In this document: positions 1 to 7,999 of the stretch, piece by piece | How the letters are laid out: each line of letters begins with the position of its first letter | Numbering within the stretch: position 1 is the stretch's first letter | Origin: an uncultured Candidatus Saccharibacteria bacterium | GTDB lineage: Bacteria; Patescibacteriota; Minisyncoccia; UBA6257; 2-01-FULL-56-20 | Length of the DNA stretch: 64,000 bases | Direction: 5' to 3' | NCBI GenBank assembly: GCA_964360585.1 | Contig: CAYHXC010000003.1 | Coordinates: 18,113 to 82,112, forward strand | Made by a program: the position numbers and the translations under genes | The notes under the pieces: model-generated | Database searches by the model: none | The model's input: only the letters and a program-made list of their open reading frames with translations | What the model was told of the DNA's origin: nothing

Positions 1-137
1 ATATAAAAGTCATAAGATCTGGAAATACTAACATACCTGGAAATCCCATGTCAGGAGTGTATCACACTTTCTCTGATAGGAAAATCTGGCCTTTTTTCTT
101 TCAAATGGCCTCTGTTATAAGAATTCTCTCGGAAGCC

Positions 138-166
138 TTGACAAGTCATAGTTCCTTACATATATT
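138..166 (+). promoter_or_regulatory. sigma70-like promoter upstream of 3D-domain gene
   Basis: TTGACA (138-143), 17-nt spacer, TATATT (161-166); AAAGGAGG SD at 181-188 precedes ATG at 198. Confidence 0.45.
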
Positions 167-197
167 ATATGTAGCTCATGAAAGGAGGTCTCACATT

Positions 198-629
198 ATG
201 ATGAGATCTATGATAGCTCTTTTGGGATTGGCCGTGATGGTCCTCGTGGACCTAGCTAGCCCCAATGGAACTACAGCGGATGACACACTCTCTCTCCCTC
301 TCTACTGGTCCCAGCCTGTTCACTCGACTTCCAAGAAGTCAAAAACTGTCCTTGTGACGGTGACGGCCTACTCCTCAACCCCCGACCAGACTGACAGCAC
401 ACCTTTTGTAACTGCTTCAGGAAAGCGAGTTCGTCACGGCATTGTGGCCACGAACTTGCTCCCCTTCGGCACAAAGGTGCAGATTCCGAAACTATTCGGA
501 GATCAAGTCTTCGTCGTTGAAGATCGGATGCATCAAAGAAAGACCAGGCACGTGGACATCTGGATGTCGAATAGAAGTAAAGCACTTCGGTTCGGCGTCA
601 AGAAAACCCACATCGTCGTTTTGAGCTAG
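198..629 (+). CDS. 3D-domain (MltA-like/YuiC-like) secreted protein
   Basis: ORF 48..629 with likely start at ATG 198 (SD 9 nt upstream; N-terminal hydrophobic signal-like segment MMRSMIALLGLAVMVL); C-terminal region VTVTAYS..DSTPF..ASG..GIVA..LLPFGTKV.I...GD.VFVVEDRM....VDIW matches 3D domain pattern. Confidence 0.6.
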   Translation: MMRSMIALLGLAVMVLVDLASPNGTTADDTLSLPLYWSQPVHSTSKKSKTVLVTVTAYSSTPDQTDSTPFVTASGKRVRHGIVATNLLPFGTKVQIPKLFGDQVFVVEDRMHQRKTRHVDIWMSNRSKALRFGVKKTHIVVLS

Positions 630-668
630 AGAGAGTTCCATTCACCCACTGTAGTTCTCAAACCAAAA

Positions 669-692
669 GGCCCACATTCCACGTGGGCCTTT
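669..692 (+). terminator. hairpin (GGCCCAC-7nt-GTGGGCC) with short T-run after 3D-domain gene
   Basis: perfect 7-bp stem, 7-nt loop, followed by TTT; preceded by AAAA so could act bidirectionally; T-run weak. Confidence 0.35.
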
Positions 693-738
693 AACACTTC
701 ATGCCCCACCCACGCTCTACTTACTGTTCCAATACATA

Positions 739-948
739 TTGGATACCTTCGATAAAATGGAAATTATGAGAATAAGTCCAAAGAAGATTGTTCGGCGGTT
801 GCGGAAAAATGAGGGGAAAGTACGGGTAACGGCCTATGAGTTAAGGGTAAGCCCCAGTACGGTTACGAACTGGCGGCAGAGAGCCGCGGGTGTCACGCTC
901 AAGTACCTACGCCGACTACTGACAGACCCCACTTGTCTCTCGAGATGA
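739..948 (+). CDS. small HTH protein, transposase-N-terminal-like (IS3/IS630-type HTH) orphan
   Basis: 69-aa ORF; segment VTAYELRVSPSTVTNWRQR resembles transposase HTH_Tnp-type motif (..vA.elgVs.stly.Wr..); no adjacent transposase catalytic ORF; 14-bp palindrome CCAATACATATTGG just upstream (715-735). Confidence 0.3.
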   Translation: MDTFDKMEIMRISPKKIVRRLRKNEGKVRVTAYELRVSPSTVTNWRQRAAGVTLKYLRRLLTDPTCLSR

Positions 949-1030
949 TGACACCGGTCGATAAACTACAAAGTGTCCAATAAGCGTGAAACAGTAAGCA
1001 TGAGTGTGTTTACAGACGTCATCCATCGGG

Positions 1031-2272
1031 TTAATGGTTTTGATCGGATTTATTCTTGATCAAAGTTTGCCAAGATATTCCCAGGGCGACTCCGAGAGTT
1101 ACCCAGACATGACGGAAGAAAATGCTGTCGGCGAAGAAGATATTGACGAGCAGTGCCGGGACGGCTACCAACCAAGCCAGCTTAAGGTCCGCGCCCTGGT
1201 CCAGCAGGTCTTCAAGAGTTGCCCTGATCGATATACCCATACGGTAAAAAAACAGAAGAAATGCCGTAAGCGCCCCGATGCCGCCATACACCGCAACTTC
1301 CAGGAAAGTGTTGAACGGTTGGATCAGTTTTCCGTCGGCTATTATCGGATAATAGCCAAAACCCACGCCGAGGGGGTTTCTGAATATTATGTCCACCGCT
1401 TCAAGCCAGAACAGATGTCTCACCTGACTGGCGGTCGGATGGGTTATAAATTCGGCCACTCTTTTGGATACGAAGGCTTGAACAGCCGGCGTGGGGCGCG
1501 CGCCGAGGCAGAAAAGCAGATACCCGAGATAAAAAACAGAAATTGAGAGCGCGAGAATGACCAAGCATTTTTTGAAACTTTTCTTCTTTAAATACAGAAC
1601 GGACCAAATAATTATGGATACCGCCAAAGATAACCAAGCCGCCCTGGACGCGCTCCAGAGAATGAAGTTGGCTATGACAACAAGCCACGAGGCCGCGGCC
1701 ATTTTTTGCCAAAGAACTTTTGAGGACAGAAAAATGCCGACGCCGATAATGAAAATGATAGAAAGCCAAGAGCCGAGGATGATAGGACTTTGGAGAAAAC
1801 CACTGAGGCGCCCATTGCTTAAAAGTATGTCCTGCCACGTTCCCCAAAAAATCGGTATGATAACGAGCGGAGACGCGAAAACGGCCAAACTCAGATAATG
1901 GACAAGTCTTTGACCTGTTGAAATTGCACACGCCAGAAAAAGGAGCATTCCCATCTCAAGGGCAAGTCGAGCGTAGTTTAAGACGATCGCATTCGCGGAG
2001 GCCGGAGGCGGCCCATGTCTTAGGAATCCTATAAACTGTCCGATGACGATAAAAATGGCAATTGCGAGAAGGGGCAGGATGTAGATTGCTATTTGCGGCC
2101 AAAATTCCACAACTGCGGTTCTCGCGCGCCGGTGGAGGAACGTGAGGATTCCCGCAGTAACGAAAAGGGCGTCTGCCCACTTGACGGGCTGGCTGCTGCG
2201 TAGCATTAAAAAGAAGGCTGCCGCAACGACGATCCAAAAGATTACATTCTTTTTTGTGAATAAATGCATCAA
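1031..2272 (-). CDS. O-antigen ligase (Wzy_C)-like polytopic membrane protein
   Basis: 413 aa, many predicted TM helices; AGGAGG SD immediately upstream of start on minus strand; overall architecture like Wzy/WaaL family. Confidence 0.5.
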   Translation of the reverse strand: MMHLFTKKNVIFWIVVAAAFFLMLRSSQPVKWADALFVTAGILTFLHRRARTAVVEFWPQIAIYILPLLAIAIFIVIGQFIGFLRHGPPPASANAIVLNYARLALEMGMLLFLACAISTGQRLVHYLSLAVFASPLVIIPIFWGTWQDILLSNGRLSGFLQSPIILGSWLSIIFIIGVGIFLSSKVLWQKMAAASWLVVIANFILWSASRAAWLSLAVSIIIWSVLYLKKKSFKKCLVILALSISVFYLGYLLFCLGARPTPAVQAFVSKRVAEFITHPTASQVRHLFWLEAVDIIFRNPLGVGFGYYPIIADGKLIQPFNTFLEVAVYGGIGALTAFLLFFYRMGISIRATLEDLLDQGADLKLAWLVAVPALLVNIFFADSIFFRHVWVTLGVALGISWQTLIKNKSDQNH

Positions 2273-2458
2273 GAAATTTCCTCCTTCTTATGAAATTAAG
2301 AAAGCCTGGTTGATTAATACTACCAGCTTCCGCAATCTTCTCAAAATTTAATATCGGCGTTTTTTCTCCAAAACATGGATGATGGACTTGTTTTATATTT
2401 TATTTTAAATTGTAAGTACGCTGGGTCATGTAAAGGGCTTTCTTAGGACGCTTTTTTC

Positions 2459-4711
2459 GTGGCATACGACCCCCACATGACATCAGAATTTCTTCGCAAA
2501 ACTGCCGTATTTTTTGTTTATGTCGCCATCATCGGCACGCCGCTTTTTTATTTTTCACAAGGAGTGTATCCTTTTGTTCTTTCGAAGAGCTTATTTTTCC
2601 AGTTCGCGGCAACAGGCGTCATTTTTTTTTGGCTTGCCTTAATGGCGGTCGACGGAAGATACCGCCCCAAAAGAACACCTCTGTCGCTCGCCCTCCTTTT
2701 GTTCTTTATCGTTTTAACAATAACGGCGGTTTTTGGCAACGATACGTGGCGAAGTTTTTGGTCCACCCAGGAAAGAGCAGTTGGCGTTGCGGCTCTTTGG
2801 CAACTCTTCGGATTTTTTCTGGCCGTTGTCGCCTTACGCGCGGATTTGGCCAAAGAGAATTTATGGTATGTCTCGATAGCGGTAGCTTCGGCAGTAAGCT
2901 TCATCGCGGAGATACAGCTGAAGGTTCCCGATCTTTTGGTCTCCGGAAATACGGCCGGCCGGCCCGGAGCGACATTAGGCAACCCCGCCTTTCTTGCGGG
3001 ATATTTACTGCCGCATATATTTATTATCGGTTATTTTTTACTGGAAAAATTGCGAGATCTGCGACGGCAAAGAAATAATTTACTGTTGATCTTTCTCGCC
3101 GGCTCACTGATCGTCCAGCTGGGGGCCTTGTTCCATTCCGAAAGCCGCGGTTCTTTGATCGCTCTTGTCGCGGGAATCTTGGCGTTGCTATTTATGTTCG
3201 CCGTCGAACCGCCCCGGGGATTTGGCTATCTTTTCTCCCGGCGTTCATTTTACGTGATCGTTCTGGTGGTCATTCTTGCGGGCAGTTTTGGTTTTTGGTT
3301 TACCCGCGCAAGCCCACTCTGGGAAGGCGCTTTCGGCATACGCCGTTTTCAGGAACTTTCTGAAGACGCGCTTGCGCCCCGCATGGCCGCCCTCGCGGCC
3401 TCCTGGCAGGGCTTCAAGGAAAAGCCCATATTGGGCTGGGGTTGGGATAATTTCAATATAGTTTTCAATAAATACTACGACCCCAATTTGCTGAAGGTAA
3501 ATTATCAAGAAACCCGTTTCGATAAGCCGCATAACTTTTTGGCCGAATACGCCATTGCCGGAGGGATCCCGCTTTTAGCTGCCGCAATTTACGTTTTCTT
3601 CATCTTCTCGCGTCAAGCACTGACGCTCAAAGACCCGCTTTTCGGTAAGATCGCGTTTGCGGCCATGATCTCTTACGCGGTACACAACATATTCCTTTTT
3701 GAGACGATTGGAGCACTACTCGTTTGGTATTTGGTGATGGCGAAAGTAGACGGAGATTGTATCGCGGAAGAGAAGCGGGCCGTCAGCCGCGCCGCAAAAA
3801 ATTCCAAGGCGAAAACACGGATATATTTTTCGCTCGCCGCCGGGGCTGTTGCGATTTACTTTATAAGTTTTTTACCCCTGGTCGCTTCATATCGCCAATA
3901 TCAAGCCATCGATAATTATTTGAACGGACGGACGGAGCGGGCCTTCGAAAATTTTAAAAGCGCGGCTGCGGGTTGGAATCCTTATGGTTGGATGATGAAG
4001 CGCGACTATGCAGTCGCTATCGCCACGGCCTATTTCAAAGATCCCGAAAAAATTTCCGATGGGGAAGCGCGGCTTGCCGTTCAGGCGATGGAGGAGGTCG
4101 TTCACGAACATCCGTACGATGCGCAAAGCCGGGCCATTTTGGTGAATGTATACAACCAGGTCTCTGATGTTGATCCGCAGTATCTGGCCAGGGCGGAGCG
4201 CGAGGCCCAGGAGGCGCTTAAACTTTCTCCTCGTCGCCAAGAAATATATTTTTATCTTGCGAAGACAAAAACGCTTCAACGTGAGAACGAAGAAGCGCTC
4301 GAGATCTTAAGGTCTGCTATCGATCTGGCGCCGGAAGTTTCGCAGGGCCATTTTTATTACGGCCTCGTTGCTTTTGCTGGCAATAAACCGGAGCAAGGAT
4401 TTTTGGAGGTGGAAAAAGCGATCGCTCTCGGCCTTAACGTCAGAGATAAGGACGAACTCATGGTTGCCGCGAATTATTATGTGGATAACGGCTACGCGTC
4501 ACGGACCGTTCCTTTGTACAAAAAAATGGTAGAGATCGACGATTCGGATATTGAAGCAAAATTGAAACTGGGAGTCGCTTACTATCTTTCCGGAGAGTTC
4601 GACGGTGCGCGCCGCTATATCCTTGAAGCAGGAAGAGAGTTTGATTTCAAGGACAGTAATCTATATTTGCCGTTAAAGCCGATCTTCCAGGATCTTGGTT
4701 TGAACCTTTAA
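2459..4711 (+). CDS. O-antigen-ligase-like membrane domain fused to C-terminal TPR-repeat domain
   Basis: 750 aa; N-terminal ~430 aa multi-TM with Wzy-like loop region; C-terminal ~300 aa with TPR-like helical repeats (..YYLAKT..ALEILRSAIDLAP..GHFYYGLVAF..); GTG start, no clear SD. Confidence 0.5.
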   Translation: MAYDPHMTSEFLRKTAVFFVYVAIIGTPLFYFSQGVYPFVLSKSLFFQFAATGVIFFWLALMAVDGRYRPKRTPLSLALLLFFIVLTITAVFGNDTWRSFWSTQERAVGVAALWQLFGFFLAVVALRADLAKENLWYVSIAVASAVSFIAEIQLKVPDLLVSGNTAGRPGATLGNPAFLAGYLLPHIFIIGYFLLEKLRDLRRQRNNLLLIFLAGSLIVQLGALFHSESRGSLIALVAGILALLFMFAVEPPRGFGYLFSRRSFYVIVLVVILAGSFGFWFTRASPLWEGAFGIRRFQELSEDALAPRMAALAASWQGFKEKPILGWGWDNFNIVFNKYYDPNLLKVNYQETRFDKPHNFLAEYAIAGGIPLLAAAIYVFFIFSRQALTLKDPLFGKIAFAAMISYAVHNIFLFETIGALLVWYLVMAKVDGDCIAEEKRAVSRAAKNSKAKTRIYFSLAAGAVAIYFISFLPLVASYRQYQAIDNYLNGRTERAFENFKSAAAGWNPYGWMMKRDYAVAIATAYFKDPEKISDGEARLAVQAMEEVVHEHPYDAQSRAILVNVYNQVSDVDPQYLARAEREAQEALKLSPRRQEIYFYLAKTKTLQRENEEALEILRSAIDLAPEVSQGHFYYGLVAFAGNKPEQGFLEVEKAIALGLNVRDKDELMVAANYYVDNGYASRTVPLYKKMVEIDDSDIEAKLKLGVAYYLSGEFDGARRYILEAGREFDFKDSNLYLPLKPIFQDLGLNL

Positions 4712-5235
4712 TTTGTAGCGCGCCAGAAGTCATGATTTTGAGGAATATTTTCGTGATGTTCGAAGGCGTAAAATACGCTCTCGAAATTGACGCTGGGGGG
4801 ACATTGAGAAATCAGATCCCCCAAGTTGTCGTGTGCCACGAGACATGTTGAATTACCCCGAAAAGTTCGGAGTAGAGATCTTCTACTCCTTCCCCGTCGA
4901 GAAGGATTGGAAAAGGTTGATCGAGGAGGCCAGGGAAACTGGCCAGGAGGCGGATGAAGAAGTGATACGATCTTCATCTCCTCCTTCGGCAACTTCGGTT
5001 GCCGAAGACTCGAACGTCGTGGCTACGGAATTTGTCCTAGTTGATGTCGAAGAGTGTCACGATGTTGAGGTGGAATTCCTCGCGGAAGGAACCCCCTTCA
5101 AGAGCATCCCGCGATAGCGAGCAAGAAGGGAGGGTTATGAAGTACAATGCACCACTCGCATTCGCGAAAAAGAAGTGGGCTCACCCTGGGGCTAAAGGGT
5201 AGCCATGAAGGTAAGGCTGGAATCCTCTAATTTAC

Positions 5236-5276
5236 GAGCCGATATTCTATTTTGGATATCGGCTCTTCTCATTTCT
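5236..5276 (+). terminator. 10-bp-stem hairpin (GAGCCGATAT..ATATCGGCTC) followed by T-rich tract
   Basis: perfect 10-bp inverted repeat with 10-nt loop then TTCTCATTTCT; lies between ORF 4833..5117 and the 3' end of groEL. Confidence 0.4.
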
Positions 5277-5326
5277 ATAATCACACAATTTGACTGATCA
5301 TTCTCTCGTCTCAATTTTGTTTAATT

Positions 5327-7006
5327 TTAGTAACCACCCATCCCTCCGCCCATTCCTCCGGGCATTCCCCCACCACCTTCTTTTTCCTTTTCTGGAATTG
5401 TGGTCAGCGCCGCGCCAATCGTGAGATAGGTCGAAGCTACCGAGACAGAAGAAACTAAAGCGGTCTTTGTTACTTTCAAAGGATCGATGATTCCAGCTTC
5501 CTTGAGGTCGCCAATTTTGTTCGTAATGCCATTGAATCCTGTCCAGCGATCTCCTTTCGCGCGCTTCTTCAGTTCGGCCATGATCGGCTCGGCCGCCTCA
5601 CCGCTATTCTTGAGGATTGCTCGAAGCGGCGACTCAAGTGTTCGCATCAGAATTCCATGCGCCGCCATTGCGACTGAATCACTCATAGTTTTCTGATGAG
5701 CTGGCTTCATTTCTTCATATCTCTCCGTCATTTCAAGCGAAACGTTGAAGAGCGCGATACCGCCGCCCGGCACAATTCCCTCTTCCATGGCCGCTCGGGT
5801 GGCCGCGACTGCGTCCTCAACGCGTTGCTTTAACTCTTTCTGAGCAGTTTCCGTGGCTGCGCCAACTTTGATCACCGCGACACCACCGGACAATTTGCCC
5901 AATCGCTCCTGTAATTTTTCTTTGTCGAAATCTGAGTCGGTTTTCTGAATCTGCGTTTTGATCTGTGCCACACGGCTATCAATTTCTTTCTTATTGCCTT
6001 TGCCATCAACAATCGTCGAAGTGTCCTTTCCGGAAACGACGCGATGGGCGTGTCCCAAATCTTCCAAACCAACGTTCTCCATCTTCTTCCCAAGATCATC
6101 AGATATAAATGTAGCGCCAGTTACAATCGCAATATCCTGAAGCATCTCCTTCCTACGATCACCAAACCCTGGTGCCTTGATCGCCAAAACACTGAAGATG
6201 CCGCGCAACTTGTTCAAAATCAAAGTGGTCAAAGCCTCGCCTTCAACCTCCTCAGCGATAATGACCAACTCCTTTTTCCCACTCTGCACAATCTTCTCGA
6301 GTAAAGCTAATATCTCCTGAATCGAAGAGATCTTCTTATCAGTTACCAATATATACGGATCTTCCAAAATGGCTTCCATCCGCTCCTGATTGGTAATCAT
6401 GTACGGAGAAACGTAGCCGCGATCAAACTGCATACCTTCGACAAATTCATACGAGTTGGCGAGTGTGTTCGAATCATCAATCGTCACCACACCATCCTTG
6501 CCAATCTTGCCCATCACTTCGGCGATCAAGCCGCCAATTTCTGCGTCCTTGGCCGAAAGCGTAGCCACCTCTTTCACTTTCTTATTGTCGTTGATCAGTT
6601 CGCGCTGACTCTCGAGCGCTTTAATAATTACTTCGCTTTCTTTCTTCAGTTCTTCGGCGAGATGAATAACGTTAAACCCTTTTTCGCTAATCGCTTTTTC
6701 TCCTTCGTCGATCATCGCCTGGGCCAAAACAACCGAAGTCGTCGTACCATCGCCAACATTGTCGTTGGTCTTGTCCGCGGCCTGCTTCACAAACTCAGCG
6801 CCGAGATTTTCATACTTGTCTTCGAGCTCAACCTCTTTGGCGACAGTCACACCGTCAAAAGTGACCTGCGGCGCGCCATACCCTTTTTCGATCACCACTG
6901 CTCGGCCGCGAGGACCAAGGGTCATCTTCACCGCTTCGGCCAACTTATCAATTCCCTTCTTCATGGCCGCGCGGGCTTCTTCGTTAAATAAAATTTGTTT
7001 TGCCAT
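5327..7006 (-). CDS. groEL: chaperonin GroEL (Cpn60)
   Basis: 559 aa; MAKQILFNEEAR..GPRGR.V..EK..GAP..T.DGVTVAKE..L.D..EN.GA..V...A.KTND.AGDGTTT..VLAQA; C-terminal GGM repeats. Confidence 0.97.
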   Translation of the reverse strand: MAKQILFNEEARAAMKKGIDKLAEAVKMTLGPRGRAVVIEKGYGAPQVTFDGVTVAKEVELEDKYENLGAEFVKQAADKTNDNVGDGTTTSVVLAQAMIDEGEKAISEKGFNVIHLAEELKKESEVIIKALESQRELINDNKKVKEVATLSAKDAEIGGLIAEVMGKIGKDGVVTIDDSNTLANSYEFVEGMQFDRGYVSPYMITNQERMEAILEDPYILVTDKKISSIQEILALLEKIVQSGKKELVIIAEEVEGEALTTLILNKLRGIFSVLAIKAPGFGDRRKEMLQDIAIVTGATFISDDLGKKMENVGLEDLGHAHRVVSGKDTSTIVDGKGNKKEIDSRVAQIKTQIQKTDSDFDKEKLQERLGKLSGGVAVIKVGAATETAQKELKQRVEDAVAATRAAMEEGIVPGGGIALFNVSLEMTERYEEMKPAHQKTMSDSVAMAAHGILMRTLESPLRAILKNSGEAAEPIMAELKKRAKGDRWTGFNGITNKIGDLKEAGIIDPLKVTKTALVSSVSVASTYLTIGAALTTIPEKEKEGGGGMPGGMGGGMGGY

Positions 7007-7046
7007 ACTTTGAACTTAAAACTTTTAACTAATAACTTATAACTTT

Positions 7047-7409
7047 TTACGACTTTTTTAATTTTTTCTTAAAACCTCCTAACTGATTCGCAACACTTTC
7101 CAGCTTCCGGTGAATATCATCAAACTGTCCCTGGGTAATTAATTTATTATCTTTCAACACATCAATCGCAGCCAACGTTTCATATATTGATCCCATTGAG
7201 ATATTGAAGAAACGGTTCATATCTTTATCCGAATCTTTTCCACTTCCTTCTGCGATATTCAAAATTATAGAAAGAGCCGCTCGCGTTACCTGATTTCCTA
7301 AATCGAACTTATACTCTTGGGGCAATCCTTTAACCATCCTCAAAATATCTGCGAACACTGATTTTGATTCCTCGTACACTGGCCATCCTAAAAACCTAAA
7401 CTTATTCAT
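7047..7409 (-). CDS. four helix bundle protein (TIGR02436-type; 23S rRNA intervening-sequence protein family)
   Basis: 120 aa; FRFLGWPVYEES..F...I......LP.EYKFDLGNQ..RAALSI.LNIAEGSG..S.KD...F..I..GS..E....I family pattern; sits between groES and groEL. Confidence 0.7.
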   Translation of the reverse strand: MNKFRFLGWPVYEESKSVFADILRMVKGLPQEYKFDLGNQVTRAALSIILNIAEGSGKDSDKDMNRFFNISMGSIYETLAAIDVLKDNKLITQGQFDDIHRKLESVANQLGGFKKKLKKS

Positions 7410-7444
7410 GTCGCTTCTCGTTATACGTTTCCAGTTTTTAGTTA

Positions 7445-7735
7445 TTAGTCCAAGACTGCGAGCACATCATCTTCGTCCGCGACCAGATATTTTTTTCCAT
7501 CCAGCTCGACTTCGTCCGGACCATATTTTTTAAATAAGACTACATCGCCCACTTTGACCGACATCGGTATCCGCTCGCCCTTGTCATTCGCTTTGCCCGG
7601 CCCAACCGCCAAGACCTTCCCTTTGACTGGCCGCTCCTTCTCCGCTGACTCCGGCAAGACAATCCCCGACTTCGTCACTTTCTCCTCTTCAGCCGCCTCA
7701 ATAAAAAGGTGATTTGATAATGGTTTAAAGTTCAT
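7445..7735 (-). CDS. groES: co-chaperonin GroES (Cpn10)
   Basis: 96 aa; MNFKPL..HLFIEA..EEKVTKSGIVLPESAEKERP.KGKVLAVGPG....GERIP..VKVGD.VLF.KYG..EVELDGKKYL. Confidence 0.95.
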   Translation of the reverse strand: MNFKPLSNHLFIEAAEEEKVTKSGIVLPESAEKERPVKGKVLAVGPGKANDKGERIPMSVKVGDVVLFKKYGPDEVELDGKKYLVADEDDVLAVLD

Positions 7736-7779
7736 TAGTCATATAGATGTATTAGTTCGACCTAATAATAGTAGGCTTA

Positions 7780-7808
7780 ATCATAGAGAAATCTGCCCGA
7801 GTGTCAAG
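7780..7808 (-). promoter_or_regulatory. putative sigma70 promoter for groES-(4HB)-groEL operon
   Basis: minus-strand TTGACA (7803-7808) 17-nt spacer TATGAT (7780-7785), about 45 nt upstream of groES start. Confidence 0.4.
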
Positions 7809-7904
7809 AATGTTCGAGCTTTCTTTTCGAAGACACCCATAAAATCCTACTGGATTTTTGATCGGCTCGAACCGGCCGTTCTGCGCCAGGTCTTCAAAAA
7901 CAAA

Positions 7905-7966
7905 ACTCTCAGCTAGGTTTACGGAAGGTAGTCCGCAATGTCTTAGTCATGAGAACTCTCAGCCAG
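7905..7966. repeat. direct repeat GAACTCTCAGC x2 (about 47 bp apart) upstream of groES promoter; no CIRCE detected
   Basis: AGAACTCTCAGCTAGG (7903-7918) and AGAACTCTCAGCCAGTG (7950-7966); canonical CIRCE TTAGCACTC-N9-GAGTGCTAA not found by eye. Confidence 0.3.
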
Positions 7967-7999
7967 TGTTACAAAGTGTAACAGCACTTCGCTTCAAAG

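Noticed and set aside
1004-1546. ORF 1004..1546 (+) and other same-region antisense ORFs (1401..1931, 1557..1898)
   Set aside because: Fully embedded opposite the well-supported Wzy-like membrane protein gene 1031..2272, which has a consensus SD. No recognisable domains.
4712-5326. Acidic 94-aa ORF 4833..5117 (+) as a gene
   Set aside because: There is no SD and no domain. The opposite-strand ORF 4708..4992 is equally long. A plus-strand terminator hairpin downstream (5236-5276) leaves open that something is transcribed here, so only the terminator was annotated.
7736-7999. CIRCE/HrcA operator upstream of groES
   Set aside because: Searched both strands for TTAGCACTC-N9-GAGTGCTAA. Only a direct (not inverted) GAACTCTCAGC repeat is present. 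CtsR heptad repeats were also not seen.
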